Of a DNA stretch of 64,000 bases, positions 1 to 11,000 are shown piece after piece. The notes beneath the pieces were generated by a model. It was not told where the DNA came from. It did no database searches and saw only the letters and a list, made by a program, of their open reading frames with translations. Source of the stretch: Candidatus Eiseniibacteriota bacterium (GTDB taxonomy: Bacteria; Eisenbacteria; RBG-16-71-46; CAZAMP01); the NCBI GenBank assembly GCA_965224245.1, contig OZ245046.1, positions 3,584,001-3,648,000 on the forward strand. Direction: 5' to 3'. A program made the position numbers and the translations under genes. Each line of letters opens with the position of its first letter. Position 1 is the first letter of the stretch.

Positions 1-214
1 GACCGCCGTGGGTGAAGGACGCGACCGCCGCGTAGATCGAGCTCTTGCGCTCCTTCTCGTTGTCCTCGTAGTCGAAGTGCGACGTGCCCTCGTCGACCTT
101 GCCCTGGCGGTTGGTGATCTTGGCCTTGTGAAGGAGGGCGTCCGCGAGCGAGGTCTTGCCCGCGTGACCATGCCCAGCGAGGACGATATTGCGCTTCTTG
201 GCGAGTTCCGCCAT
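1..214 (-). CDS. Elongation factor G-like GTPase (EF-G2 type), N-terminal part; runs off the window edge
   Basis: Not in the ORF track. Manual translation from ATG 214 gives MAELAKKRNIVLAGHGHAGKTSLADALLHKAKITNRQGKVDEGTSHFDYEDNEKERKSSI, with the G1 P-loop and the EF-G DY..E.ER..SI motif. RBS GGAGGAAAG lies directly upstream. Confidence 0.88.
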   Translation of the reverse strand, partial: MAELAKKRNIVLAGHGHAGKTSLADALLHKAKITNRQGKVDEGTSHFDYEDNEKERKSSIYAAVASFTHGG

Positions 215-585
215 CTTTCCTCCTTGGACAGAGAAGCCGGCGCGAGGCCGGACGTAGCCGCTCGAAAGGTTGCTCGGTCGTCCGTCCGGCGCTCGGACGG
301 CCGCGATTCAGAGCAACGCGCCACCCAGTGGCGAACGGGCCGGGGGCCGATTGACTGGCGTCAAGTGGCGTTCAGACAATGACTTAGGCCTGGAGTCGTC
401 TTGGGCGGATGGGCATCCGAGTTCGAGACGAGCGCGAGTATAACGAAACGCTAGTCGACGACAAATCAATCTTCGCTCCGGGACCCGCTCGTGCGAACCC
501 ATTCGCCAGCCTTCGACAAGCCTCCGGCGGCCCTGGGGCGGCCCCGGAGTCGGCCGATCGGTCCGGATCCGCGCGACGGTCGCCC

Positions 586-1335
586 GTGAGCCCGCCCCCC
601 GCCGATCCGTGCGTGCTGGTGATCGTCCCCGCGCACCAGGAGGCCGCCAACGTGGGACGCGTGGTGGCGGACGTGCGCCACCACGTGCCCGCGGCCGACG
701 TCGTGGTCGTGGACGACGGCTCCACCGATCGAACCGCCGCGGTGGCCGCGGACGCCGGCGCGGCGGTGCTCCGGCTACCGTTCAACCTCGGGGTCGGCGC
801 CGCGATGCAGACGGGGTTTCGCATGGCCGTGCGGGACGGCTACGACATCGCGGTGCAGCTCGATGGGGACGGCCAGCACCCGGCCGAGGAGCTCCCGACC
901 GTGCTGGAGCCGGTCGCGACCGGACGCGTCGACGTCGCGGTGGGAAGCCGGTACCTCGACCCCCTCGGATACGTGACGCCGGCCGGGCGGCGCGCCGGCC
1001 AGCGCTTCTTCTCGAGGCTCGTGAGCGGGCTCACCGCGCAGCGCTTCACGGACACCACGAGCGGCTTTCGCGCGTACTCGCGACCGGCGTTCTCGTTCCT
1101 GGCCACGAGCTACTCGCGCGACTATCCGGAGGTCAATGCGCTGGTCGCCCTCTGCCAGCACGGCTTCCGCGTGACCGAGGTGGCCGTGGCGATGCGCGAT
1201 CGGCAAGGAGGCACGTCGCACATCACGACCCGGCGCGCGATCTTCTACATGCTGAAGGTCTCGCTCTCGACACTCATGACGGCCGTCAGGCTCCGCTCTC
1301 GCGAGGGAGGCCAGCGGCGTTTGGACCGAACATGA
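586..1335 (+). CDS. Glycosyltransferase family 2 (DPM1-like polyprenol-phosphate glycosyltransferase)
   Basis: Motifs VIVPAHQE, VVDDGSTDRT, NLGVG.A, QLDGDGQH, VGSRY, DTTSGFRAY. The ORF opens at 409, but the likely start is GTG near 586. The stop overlaps the rnr ATG (ATGA). Confidence 0.88.
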   Translation: MSPPPADPCVLVIVPAHQEAANVGRVVADVRHHVPAADVVVVDDGSTDRTAAVAADAGAAVLRLPFNLGVGAAMQTGFRMAVRDGYDIAVQLDGDGQHPAEELPTVLEPVATGRVDVAVGSRYLDPLGYVTPAGRRAGQRFFSRLVSGLTAQRFTDTTSGFRAYSRPAFSFLATSYSRDYPEVNALVALCQHGFRVTEVAVAMRDRQGGTSHITTRRAIFYMLKVSLSTLMTAVRLRSREGGQRRLDRT

Positions 1336-3614
1336 ACCGACAGACCCTCGATCCGGCGCGCGTGCGCGCGCTCCTCGAAGACTCCGCCCGGCCGCTCAAG
1401 GCCAAGGAGATCGCACGCGAGCTCGGCGTCTCGACCTCCGACTACCGCAAGCTCAAGACCCTGCTCCGCGAGATGACGGCCACGGGAGACATCTACAAGG
1501 TGAAGCGCGGCCGCTACGCCCCGCCCGAGCGGATCAACGTCCTCGTGGGGCGGCTCGCCACGCGCAGCCGCCGAAACGCGACCGTGGTCACCGATGGCGG
1601 TGAGACCCTGTTCGTGGCCGCCGCCGGCGTCGGCAACGCGCTCGACGGGGACCGCGTCGCGGTCCGAGTGATCGATCCGAAGGCCAAGCCGCTCCCCGAG
1701 GCGGAGGTCATCCGCGTGATGGAGCACGCGCACACCGAGATCGTGGGCACGCTCTCGATCGACGGGCGCGTCGCGTCGGTGCGACCGGAGAACCCCAAGA
1801 TCCCACGCGACGTGTTGATCCCACCCGATGGGCTCGCAGACGCGAAGGACGGCGACCTCGTCACGGTGCGCATCGAGTCCTTCGGCGACGCGCGCACCAT
1901 GATGGTGGGCGCGGTCTCCGAGGTCCTCGGTCAGCGCGGCGACCCGGGCGTCGACGTGCTGATCGTCATGAAGGAGTTCGATCTCCCGCTCCGCTTTCCC
2001 GACGCCGTGGAGGCCGCCGCCGAGCGGCTTCCGGCGAGCCCCCGCCCGCGGGATCTGGCCGACCGCATGGATCTCACGGATCGCGTCGCGATCACGATCG
2101 ACCCGGTCGATGCCAAGGACTTCGACGACGCCCTGTCGATCCGCTCCCTCGGCGGCGGTCGGGTCGAGGTGGGGGTGCACATCGCCGACGTGAGCCACTA
2201 CGTGACGCCGGGCAGCGTGCTCGATCGGGAGGCCCACGCGCGCGCGACCAGCGTCTATCTGGTCGACCGCGTGGTCCCGATGCTGCCCGAGGCGCTCAGC
2301 AACCGCCTCTGCTCGCTGATCCCGAACGAGGATCGTCTCGCGTTCAGCGCGCTGTTCCGGATGACGTCCGACGGCGAGGTCTCGTCGGTGCGCTTCACGC
2401 CGTCGATCATCCACAGCCGGCGGCGCTTCGCGTATCAGGAGGTGCAGGCGTTGCTCGATGGCGGGCCGCCCGCCCCCGGCGACGCCGAGTTCGTGGAGCC
2501 GCTCCAGCGGCTCGCCGCCCTCTCGGACCGTCTCATCGCCAGGCGAACGGCGCGCGGCAGCCTCGACTTCGACCTCCCGGCCAGCCGGGTGATCCTCGAC
2601 GAGCACGGCATGCCGATCGACATCCAGAAGGTCGAGCGCCTGATGGCGCACCGTCTCGTGGAGTCGTTCATGCTGCTGGCGAACGAAGCCGTCGCGAAGC
2701 GACTGGCCACCCTCGAGATGCCGGGGCTGCATCGCGTGCACCAGGGCCCCGACGCGCTCGCGGTGAGCGAGCTGCGCGCGGCCCTGGCACGGTTCGGCGT
2801 CACGCTTCGCCTGACGAAGGACAAGTCGGTCACCCCGCGCGCGCTTCAGCGGGCGCTGGCCGAGGTGGCCGACCGACCAGAGGCCGAGGTGGTCAACACG
2901 CTCGTGCTGCGATCGATGAAGCGGGCGCTCTACGATGCCACCCCGCACGGACACTTCGGGCTGGCGGCGCGCCACTACACGCACTTCACCAGCCCGATCC
3001 GGCGCTACCCGGACCTGATCGTGCACCGCGTGCTGCGGGCCGCGTTGACTCACGGAGAGCCCCCGGTCGAGCGCGAGCTCGACATGCAGATGATCGCCGA
3101 ACACTGTTCGACGCGCGAGCGCAACGCCGAGGACGCCGAGCGGCAATCGGTCGAGCTGAAGAAGGTCCAGTTCATGGCCGAGCGCATCGGCGACGTCTTC
3201 GAGGGACGCATCGTCAGCGTGACCGTGTTCGGCTTCTTCGTCGAGCTGGACGCCTACCACGTGAACGGTCTGGTGCACGTGAACCGCCTGGGCGACGACT
3301 ACTACGCGTTCACCGAGGACACGCTGGCGCTGGTGGGCGAGCACACCGCGCGGCAGTTCCGCATCGGCGACCGCGTCACGGTCGAGGTGTCCCGGGCGGA
3401 TCTGGCGCGCCGTCAGATCGACTTCGACCTCGTCGAGGTGCTGACGCCGCGCCGCGGTGGCGGGCGCGCGTCGCGGAAGCGGCCGCCCGGCATCGGAGGC
3501 GACGGCGACGCAGCCCCGCACCCGCGCGGGTCCGAGGGCCGGCCGCGCGATGGCGTCGCCCACCGGCGTTCGCGTGGCCGAACGAAGGCAACTCGGCGAC
3601 GGCGCCGTTCGTAG
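1332..3614 (+). CDS. rnr: Ribonuclease R
   Basis: N-terminal HTH, cold-shock domains, RNB motifs TIDPVDAKDFDDA, VHIADVSHYV and HFGLA..HYTHFTSPIRRYPDL, S1 domain and an Arg-rich tail. Start MNRQTL at the ATGA overlap. Confidence 0.95.
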   Translation: MNRQTLDPARVRALLEDSARPLKAKEIARELGVSTSDYRKLKTLLREMTATGDIYKVKRGRYAPPERINVLVGRLATRSRRNATVVTDGGETLFVAAAGVGNALDGDRVAVRVIDPKAKPLPEAEVIRVMEHAHTEIVGTLSIDGRVASVRPENPKIPRDVLIPPDGLADAKDGDLVTVRIESFGDARTMMVGAVSEVLGQRGDPGVDVLIVMKEFDLPLRFPDAVEAAAERLPASPRPRDLADRMDLTDRVAITIDPVDAKDFDDALSIRSLGGGRVEVGVHIADVSHYVTPGSVLDREAHARATSVYLVDRVVPMLPEALSNRLCSLIPNEDRLAFSALFRMTSDGEVSSVRFTPSIIHSRRRFAYQEVQALLDGGPPAPGDAEFVEPLQRLAALSDRLIARRTARGSLDFDLPASRVILDEHGMPIDIQKVERLMAHRLVESFMLLANEAVAKRLATLEMPGLHRVHQGPDALAVSELRAALARFGVTLRLTKDKSVTPRALQRALAEVADRPEAEVVNTLVLRSMKRALYDATPHGHFGLAARHYTHFTSPIRRYPDLIVHRVLRAALTHGEPPVERELDMQMIAEHCSTRERNAEDAERQSVELKKVQFMAERIGDVFEGRIVSVTVFGFFVELDAYHVNGLVHVNRLGDDYYAFTEDTLALVGEHTARQFRIGDRVTVEVSRADLARRQIDFDLVEVLTPRRGGGRASRKRPPGIGGDGDAAPHPRGSEGRPRDGVAHRRSRGRTKATRRRRRS

Positions 3615-3676
3615 CCGATTCCCGGGCTCCCACCCGCCGACGCTCGACTCACATCGTCTCGACAAGGAGGCCGAAC

Positions 3677-5719
3677 GTGTTGTGGTCCCGGCACCCCCTT
3701 GGCCGGCGAGCCGCGCTCGCCTGCATCACTCTCGCGTCCGCAGGCGGCACCGTACTCGCCGACACCCTCCCCCGGCTGGAGCCGGAATCGCTCTCCCACC
3801 CGTTGGAGTCCAAGCGCGGACTGTCACGATCCCCGCAGGTCCTCTCCACGCCCTTCGACGTCACCGCCTACGTGCTGGACGTCACCCTCGACTACGAGGA
3901 CGCCGGCATCGCGGGCAGCGTGGCCATCTCGGGCGTGACCACCGTCGCCACCGACCAGCTGTACGTGAACGCGGGCGAGAACCTGACGATCGACGCCGTT
4001 TCGGGCGTCGGCACGGCCAGCACCGAGCGGACCGCCGACACGGTCACGATCCTGCTCGACGACCCGCTGGGCGCGGGCGAGCCGTTCACCATGACGATCG
4101 ACTACCACGGTACCGGCAACGTGTTCGACGACTTCGGCCTGATGTTCCAGGAGAGCTCGCTGTCCGGCCCCAGCATCTGGACGTTCGTGGAGCCCGACGG
4201 CGCCCGGCTCTGGTGGCCGTGCGTGGATCGCCCCAGCGACAAGGCGCCGGTGTCGATGGCGGTCACGGTCCGTGACGACTTCGTGGTCAGCGCCAACGGT
4301 CGCCGCACGTCGGTCACGGACCTGGGCGACGGCACTGCGCGATGGACGTTCGAGCACGACTCCCCGATCGCCACGTACCTCGTGGTGCTGAACGCGGCTC
4401 CGTTCACCGTGATCGAGGACACCTGGGAGCGACCGGGTGAACCTCCGATGCCGATCCGGCACTACGTGTACTCGGATCCGGATTACGTCGCGGCCGCCAC
4501 CGAGGACTTCTCGATCACGCCGCTCGCGCTCGACTGGTGCTCGAGCTGGTTCGGCGAGTATCCGTTCACCGCCGACGGCTACGGCCACACGATCTTCCCG
4601 TGGGGCGGCGCCATGGAGCACCAGACCAACACGAGCTACGGGGCGGGCCTGATCACGGGTACGCACGACTTCGACAACATCCTGTTTCACGAGCTCGCGC
4701 ACCAGTGGTTCGGCGACCACGTCACACCCGGCACCTGGCGGGACATCTGGCTCAACGAGGGGTTCGCGACCTACTCCGAGGCGTTGATGTTCGAGGGTGC
4801 CTACGGACCGCCCGTGCTGCCGATCGTCATGGACATCTTCCGCCAGGTGTACTTTCTCTTCCACGAGGGGCCCGACCACGCGATCTGGAGCCCACCGGAC
4901 GGTCATCTCTTCTGCGTGGCCGAGTACTACAAGGCGTCGTTCATCCTGCACATGCTCCGTCGCGAGCTGGGAGAGACCGATTTCTTCGCCGCGCTCCGTA
5001 TGCACGTCGCCGAGCACGCGGGCGGCAACGTCGTCACCCGTGACTTCCAGGACACGGTCGAACAGGTGGCCGGACGCGACCTCTCGTGGTTCTTCGATCA
5101 GTGGATCACGGGCGAGGGTCACCCGAGCTTCGCCTACAGCTGGGCCGACGTTCCGGCCACACCGGACGGCGGAGGCCCCGGTCTCACGTCGACGAATCCG
5201 CGCGGCGACTCGGGCGTCGAGCTGACCATCGAGCAGACGCAGCCGTGGGCACCCTTCGCGGTACCGATGGACGTCCGCGTGTTCACGGCCGCCGGTGAGG
5301 TGAACGAGACGATCTGGATCGACCAGCGGACGACGGTCGCGACGATCGCGACACCGGCACCGGCCGACTCGATCCGGCTGGATCCGGATGCATGGGTGTT
5401 CGGCACGTTCGCCGACGAGACGGCGGCCGCGGTGGTCGGCGTTCCCACGACGCCCGCGGAGCTCGGGACCCGCGTGAGCCCGAACCCGTTCCGGAGCGGA
5501 ATGGCGATCTCGGTACCGCTCCGCGATCTGGGCCGAAGCGTGGCCGTACGGATCTTCGACGCTCGCGGCCGCGAGGTCCGCTCGCTCGCCTCGGAGACCG
5601 GCGAGCTGCGCTGGGACGGGGCCGATGCCACCGGCCGGCCGGTTGCGCCCGGTACGTACTTCATGCACGCTCACGGTCCGAACGGCCAGGCGACGACGAA
5701 GCTCGTCAAGACCGACTAG
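3677..5719 (+). CDS. Secreted M1 family zinc aminopeptidase with C-terminal FlgD-Ig/T9SS-like domain
   Basis: GAMEH, HELAHQWFG..WLNEGFATY and YYKA motifs; signal peptide; C-terminal SPNPF..IFDARGREVR..WDG.D..G..V.PGTYF; AGGAGG RBS. Confidence 0.92.
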   Translation: MLWSRHPLGRRAALACITLASAGGTVLADTLPRLEPESLSHPLESKRGLSRSPQVLSTPFDVTAYVLDVTLDYEDAGIAGSVAISGVTTVATDQLYVNAGENLTIDAVSGVGTASTERTADTVTILLDDPLGAGEPFTMTIDYHGTGNVFDDFGLMFQESSLSGPSIWTFVEPDGARLWWPCVDRPSDKAPVSMAVTVRDDFVVSANGRRTSVTDLGDGTARWTFEHDSPIATYLVVLNAAPFTVIEDTWERPGEPPMPIRHYVYSDPDYVAAATEDFSITPLALDWCSSWFGEYPFTADGYGHTIFPWGGAMEHQTNTSYGAGLITGTHDFDNILFHELAHQWFGDHVTPGTWRDIWLNEGFATYSEALMFEGAYGPPVLPIVMDIFRQVYFLFHEGPDHAIWSPPDGHLFCVAEYYKASFILHMLRRELGETDFFAALRMHVAEHAGGNVVTRDFQDTVEQVAGRDLSWFFDQWITGEGHPSFAYSWADVPATPDGGGPGLTSTNPRGDSGVELTIEQTQPWAPFAVPMDVRVFTAAGEVNETIWIDQRTTVATIATPAPADSIRLDPDAWVFGTFADETAAAVVGVPTTPAELGTRVSPNPFRSGMAISVPLRDLGRSVAVRIFDARGREVRSLASETGELRWDGADATGRPVAPGTYFMHAHGPNGQATTKLVKTD

Positions 5720-5735
5720 ACCCGAGCGCGGTGCG

Positions 5736-5761
5736 GCCCGGGCGACGGACGTCGCCCGGGC
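5736..5761 (+). terminator. Perfect 11-bp GC hairpin after the aminopeptidase gene (possible terminator or stabiliser; no U-tract)
   Basis: GCCCGGGCGAC-GGAC-GTCGCCCGGGC, starting 17 nt after the stop. Confidence 0.4.
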
Positions 5762-5796
5762 GCATCGACGACCGGACCCTGAGCGCCACGGACGTC

Positions 5797-6528
5797 ATGT
5801 CGACACCCATCCCGCGACATCTCGACTGCGACCGGCGGGTCGCCGCGTGGATCGGCGAACGTGTCGCGACCGCCGGCCCTCCGAGCTGCACGGTCGGGTG
5901 CGCGCGATGCTGCCGCCAGGCGGTGACCGCCACGTCGGCCGAGGCCCTGGCCATCCTCGATGCCATCGAGCGGGTCGACGCGCACCCATCGGTTTGCTCG
6001 CGACGCACGGCAGGTCCCACGTCCTCCGCGGCGGGCTCACGCCTCGACGCCCTGGTCGCCCACGCCGCCGACGTGCGAGCGATCGCCCGCCGCGCGCCGA
6101 CGCCTCTCGAGGCTCGCCGGCGCATCGGGGCGATCGGGCCGTGCCCGCTCCTCGTCGACGATCGCTGCTCGGTCTACCAGAGCCGTCCGATCCCGTGCCG
6201 GACCCTTCACGTCTGGCACGCTCCCGATCGGTGCGGCCACGACGATCCGCGGGAGGAGGTGCCGCCGGAGCTGGATGCGATCCGGGACGACGCGATCGCG
6301 CGTTCGCTCCGCGACGAGGTCCTGGCCGGCCGGTGGCCGTTCTTCGGTCAGCTGACGGTGGTCACCGCGCTCGTGGCCGAGCACCGCGAGGAATACGTCG
6401 CCGGCGCCGACCTCCGCGGGGCGGTTCCGGCGGACGTCCGGCGGCTCGGGCTCGTGGAGTCTCTCGACACGCAGGATCGTGCGGGCCTCCTCGACGAGCC
6501 TCGCTCCGACGTCATCGACGAGCACTGA
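5797..6528 (+). CDS. YkgJ-family cysteine cluster protein (CxxxCxxCC, putative Zn/Fe-S binding)
   Basis: SCTVGCARCCRQ and CPLLVDDRCSVYQSRPIPCR motifs; start MSTPIP. Confidence 0.82.
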   Translation: MSTPIPRHLDCDRRVAAWIGERVATAGPPSCTVGCARCCRQAVTATSAEALAILDAIERVDAHPSVCSRRTAGPTSSAAGSRLDALVAHAADVRAIARRAPTPLEARRRIGAIGPCPLLVDDRCSVYQSRPIPCRTLHVWHAPDRCGHDDPREEVPPELDAIRDDAIARSLRDEVLAGRWPFFGQLTVVTALVAEHREEYVAGADLRGAVPADVRRLGLVESLDTQDRAGLLDEPRSDVIDEH

Positions 6529-7939
6529 ACGGCGGAACCTGGACCGGGCCGCGCCCTCTCCGCCGTGTCACCCGCCGCCCACGTCGAGATGCGGCCCGTG
6601 TGCGCTCGCGGATCGTGGCCTCGAGTCGGGATGCCAGCTCGGTCGCGATCACCGCGTGTCCCCGTTCTCCGAGATGAACGAAGTCGAAGTAAAGCTCGCC
6701 CGCGGTGGTGATCCGGTTCTCGCGCACCCAGCGATCGATCGCCGCACCCACGTCGACCTGCGTCACGTGGGGGTGCGACTCGGCGACCCTCAGCTGCCGA
6801 TCCATGTAGCCGCGAAGCTGGGCGCGCTGGGTGTCGTGCGACATGGCCTGCCGGTGAGCGGCGATCGCACCGTCACGGTCACCGGCCGCCAGGAGGAAGC
6901 GCGAGTGCATGAAGTGCAGCATGGCCCAGTCCGGGTGACGCGCGATCGCGTCCTCGACGACCGACAGGCACCTGGGATCGTCGGGCGGCCGGGGCGAGGG
7001 AACGCCGGCGCGCTCGAGCTCGCGATCCAGCCACGCGCTCTGCGTCATCCAGATGCGCACCCCGTTCTCCTCGATCGGAACCTCGTTCAGCACGACCGGA
7101 ATGTCCGGCTTGGGCGGCGTCGTCAACAGGTAGAGCGGCGCGCCGACGTCCCGGCAGAGCTCGGCGATGGCCGCCACGTTCGCCTGGTGCTGCTCCGGCG
7201 ATACCCGTGGTACGGGATCCCGATCGGCTCCACGCGTTCCCGCGACGAGCAGGATCCGTCGTCGCAGCCAGCGGTAGGCGTGCGATCGCTCCAGGACGTT
7301 CAGCAAGCGCGGGCGGGCGTACCGCTGATCGGCGTCGGCGAGGGGGGCCAGGCACATGTCGTTGAAGCCGACCTGAACGCACACCGCATCGGGCTCCATG
7401 GCCGGCGCGTAGCGCTGGAGGACGAGGCGCACCTGATGGCTGGAGAAGCCGTCGACGCCCAGGTTCACCACCTCGACGCGAATGCCGTCGCTCGCGACCC
7501 GGCGATCGAGGAGGTACTCGAGGCCGGCCGAGTAGATGCGATCGTCGTGCGCGACACCGAATCCCATGGCGTTGCTATCGCCGGCCACCAGGACCCGGAA
7601 CACGCCCGGGCCTTTCTGGATCTCGAAGTCGGGCCCGCGAAATCCCTCGCGATTCGTGCGCATCGGCGGCGTCTCGGTCGCCGCCTCGGCGGACGACCCG
7701 TCCTCGGGCACCACGGCGGACCGAACGAGCTGGTTGCGGACGAGACGCCAACCCAGCTCATCGTCGCGCTCGTGGTAGAGGACCGATCGCTGGTGTCGCT
7801 GGTCGAACCGGAACCGCCGCTCGTCTCCCGGCAGCGCGATCTCGGGATCGATCAGCCGGACGAGACCCTCGCACGCGATGGCGAAGAACGCGATCGAGCC
7901 GGCGGCGACCAGCCAGCGCAGTGCCATCGATCGTGTCAA
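6512..7939 (-). CDS. Membrane-anchored SGNH/GDSL hydrolase with a TPR-like insertion
   Basis: N-terminal TM segment followed by E.LVR; blocks GDSNAMG, NLGVDG, GFND and DFVH. Confidence 0.85.
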   Translation of the reverse strand: MTRSMALRWLVAAGSIAFFAIACEGLVRLIDPEIALPGDERRFRFDQRHQRSVLYHERDDELGWRLVRNQLVRSAVVPEDGSSAEAATETPPMRTNREGFRGPDFEIQKGPGVFRVLVAGDSNAMGFGVAHDDRIYSAGLEYLLDRRVASDGIRVEVVNLGVDGFSSHQVRLVLQRYAPAMEPDAVCVQVGFNDMCLAPLADADQRYARPRLLNVLERSHAYRWLRRRILLVAGTRGADRDPVPRVSPEQHQANVAAIAELCRDVGAPLYLLTTPPKPDIPVVLNEVPIEENGVRIWMTQSAWLDRELERAGVPSPRPPDDPRCLSVVEDAIARHPDWAMLHFMHSRFLLAAGDRDGAIAAHRQAMSHDTQRAQLRGYMDRQLRVAESHPHVTQVDVGAAIDRWVRENRITTAGELYFDFVHLGERGHAVIATELASRLEATIRERTRAASRRGRRVTRRRGRGPVQVPPFSARR

Positions 7940-8036
7940 CGTCGCTCCTGACCCGGAAGAGGAAGGTGTGGCTCGCCGGTGAGCGCGCCCATCGTGGCGC
8001 GTCAGTGTATCGGCGCACTCGGAGAGGGGACAACCC

Positions 8037-11000
8037 TCACGCGTGGGCGTGGGATCGAAGGCGAGACATCGCGGCGCTCAGGATCTCGTCCTCGGTCAGA
8101 CCGACCGATCCCGCCCAGACGCGTCCGAACGCCGCGTCGCCCAGCGCCCTGCGACAGCGCTGCCGCGCCCTGGACAGCACCTCGGCGCGCGCGGGCACCA
8201 GCTCGGTGCGCGTCCGGCGCCGGTGCTTCTCGGACCAGGCGAGAAACCCCGTCGCGCCCTCGTGATCGCCGAGGCTCGCCAGTGCGAGCCCGCACTCGCG
8301 GACCTGCACGCCTGCGCTCGTACGTCCGTCACCCATCGCGAACGTCAGACCGGCCCGGGCGGCGTCCAGCATGGCCCGCCGATCCCCGCGCACGATGTGC
8401 ACGCGCGTGAGCATCTCGAGCGCGTACGAGCGAGACTGGGGATCCCCGGCCCGTCGCGCGAGCGCGAGCGCCTCCTCGGCGCGCGTCGCGGCGACGTCGA
8501 GCTCCTCGGGGTAGAGCTCCGGCGCGCTCATCCGGCACAGCGTGATCGCGATCGCCTGTAACGCACCGTTCTCACGCGCCACCCGGAGACATCGCTCGTA
8601 GTGCACCCTGGCCTCGTCGTACCGGCGCTCCATCTCGGCGAGAAGTCCGAGGTTCAGGAGCGACCGGACGACGTGTCCGCCGGTGAGCTCGGACATGTCC
8701 AGGGCCAGCGCCTCGGTGTAGCACGCCCTCGCGGTCTCGCGGTCGCGAAGACGCTGCGCCGCCGCCCCCCGGTTCAAGAGTCCCGTGGCCACGGTGGCCA
8801 CGTCGCCCTCGCGCCTCGCGAGCGCGATGCACGCCTCGGCGTACCCGATCGCGGATCGGCTGTCCCCGAGCTCCATGGAGACCAGGGCCAGGTTGCTCAA
8901 CGCGATCGCCTCGCCGCGGACCTCCCCGATCGCGCGATACACCTCGAGGGCGTCCCGGTGGTGGCGCCGTGCGCGCTCGAACTCGTGGAAGTTCCAGAAG
9001 ATGTTCCCGACCGCGGTCCACGTGCGCGCCCACTCCCGGGTCTCGGTCCGGAGATCGGGACGCGCCGCGAGTGCCTCGGACACCTCGCGCGCGCGCCGGA
9101 AGCGGTTCCGGCGATCCCAGTACAGGATCAGCAGCGCGGCCACCGGCATCAGCGTCGCGATCTCGTTCTCGCGTGCGAGGCAGCGATCCACCACGACGTC
9201 CACGTTCTCCCGATCCCGGTCCAGCAGCTCCAGCGCGGGCCCTGGATCGGGGGATCGGATGTCGGGCGCCACCGAGACGATGCGCGCGATGAAGTGGTCG
9301 CGGTGACGAACCGCCACCACGTCCTCGCGACCGGATCGCGAGAGCGCTCGGCGGGCGAACTGGCGTATCGTCTCCAGCATGCGGTACCGGCTCGCCGGCG
9401 AGCCGCCGTCGGGGAGTCGCTCGACGAGGGACTTGTCCACGAGGGCTTCCAGCGCGGCGGTCGCGTCGTCCGGACCGGGCAGGTCGCCGGCCGCGGCGGC
9501 GATCGCCTCCACCGCGGCCAGATCGAAGCTCCCCGCAAACACGGAGAGGTTCTCGAACAGGACCCGATCGGCGTCGGTGAGCTGCTCGACGGACCACTCG
9601 ATCAGACCGACCAGCGTGCGATGGTGGGGGAGCCCCGTGCGCTGGCGGGACACGAGCAATCGGAAGCGATCCTGCAGCCGGTCCAGAACCTCGTGCGCGG
9701 TGAGCAGGCGGAGCTTCGCCGCCGCCAGCTCGATCGCGAGCGGGATCCCGTCGAGCTCGCGGCAGATGGCGGCCACGACCGGCGCCGTGTCCGCGCGCAG
9801 CTCGAATGCGGGCGTGACCGCGCGCGCGCGATCCCGGAACAGGCGGACCGCCTCGTTGGCGCCGAGCGCCTCGGTGTCCGTCACGTCGGGCTCCGGTACA
9901 CGAAGCGGATCGATCCCGACCACGTGCTCGCCGGGCACGCGAAGGGGCTCCCGGCTCGTGGCGAGCACGTTCACCCCTGCGCACGTCTCCAGGAGCCGCG
10001 TCACGAGGACGGCGACCGGGTCCAGCACGTGCTCGCAGTTGTCGAGGATCACGAGCACCCGCCGGCCGCGCACCGCCGCGACCAGCGCGTCCAGCGGGTC
10101 CCGACCCGGCTCGACGCCGACATCCAGCGCCTCGACGACGCGGCCGGCCACGTCCCCCGCCGGGCCGAGTGGCGAGAGCTCGATCCAGAAGACGCCGTCG
10201 CCGAATCCGGCCAGCGCGTCGCGCGCCAGCTCCAGGCACAGACGAGACTTGCCGGAGCCGCCGGTTCCGGTCACGGTCACGACGCGTTCTCGATGCACGA
10301 GATCGGAGATGTGCGCGATCTCGGCCTCGCGACCGACGAAGCTGGTGGCGGTGGCGGGGAGGTTGTGCGGGGCCCGGTCGGCCCCCACCAGCGCCTCGGC
10401 CATCTCGGTCATCGCCTCGAATCGGTCGCGGGGATCGGGGGCCATCGCGCGTTCGACGACCCGGACGAACGGCGCGGGCACGTCGGGCCGCCGGTCGCGG
10501 AGCGACGGCGGCCCTCCGCGACGGTGCCGATCGCGGATCTCGTCGACGGTGCGTCCGGCGACCGGATGCGTGCGGGTGACGAGCCGGAACAGCAGCACGC
10601 CCAGTGCGTACACGTCGCCGGCCACGCTGGTCGGCGCGCCCTCGAACGCCTCGGGCGGCATCGCGACCGGTGTTCCCACGAGCGGACGCAAGGACGCCGA
10701 CCCGTCTCGCGGCAGGTCCGAGACCGCCCCGAAGTCCGACAGAAGCACCCGGCCGTCGCGATCACACAGGACGTTTGCGGCCTTCACGTCGCCGTGGACC
10801 AGCCCCGCCTCGTGCACGGCCGCGAGCGCGCTCGCCAGCGCGCCACCGATCCGGCACGCCTCGGATACCGAGAGCGGTCCCTCGGTCTCCAGCCGCGCCT
10901 CCAGGTCGGTACCGCGCACGAAGTCGGTCCAGAGCCCGACCCGGCCGCCGTGGATGTCCGCACCGTGGATCGTCAGCACGTTCGGATGCCGGACGCGGGC

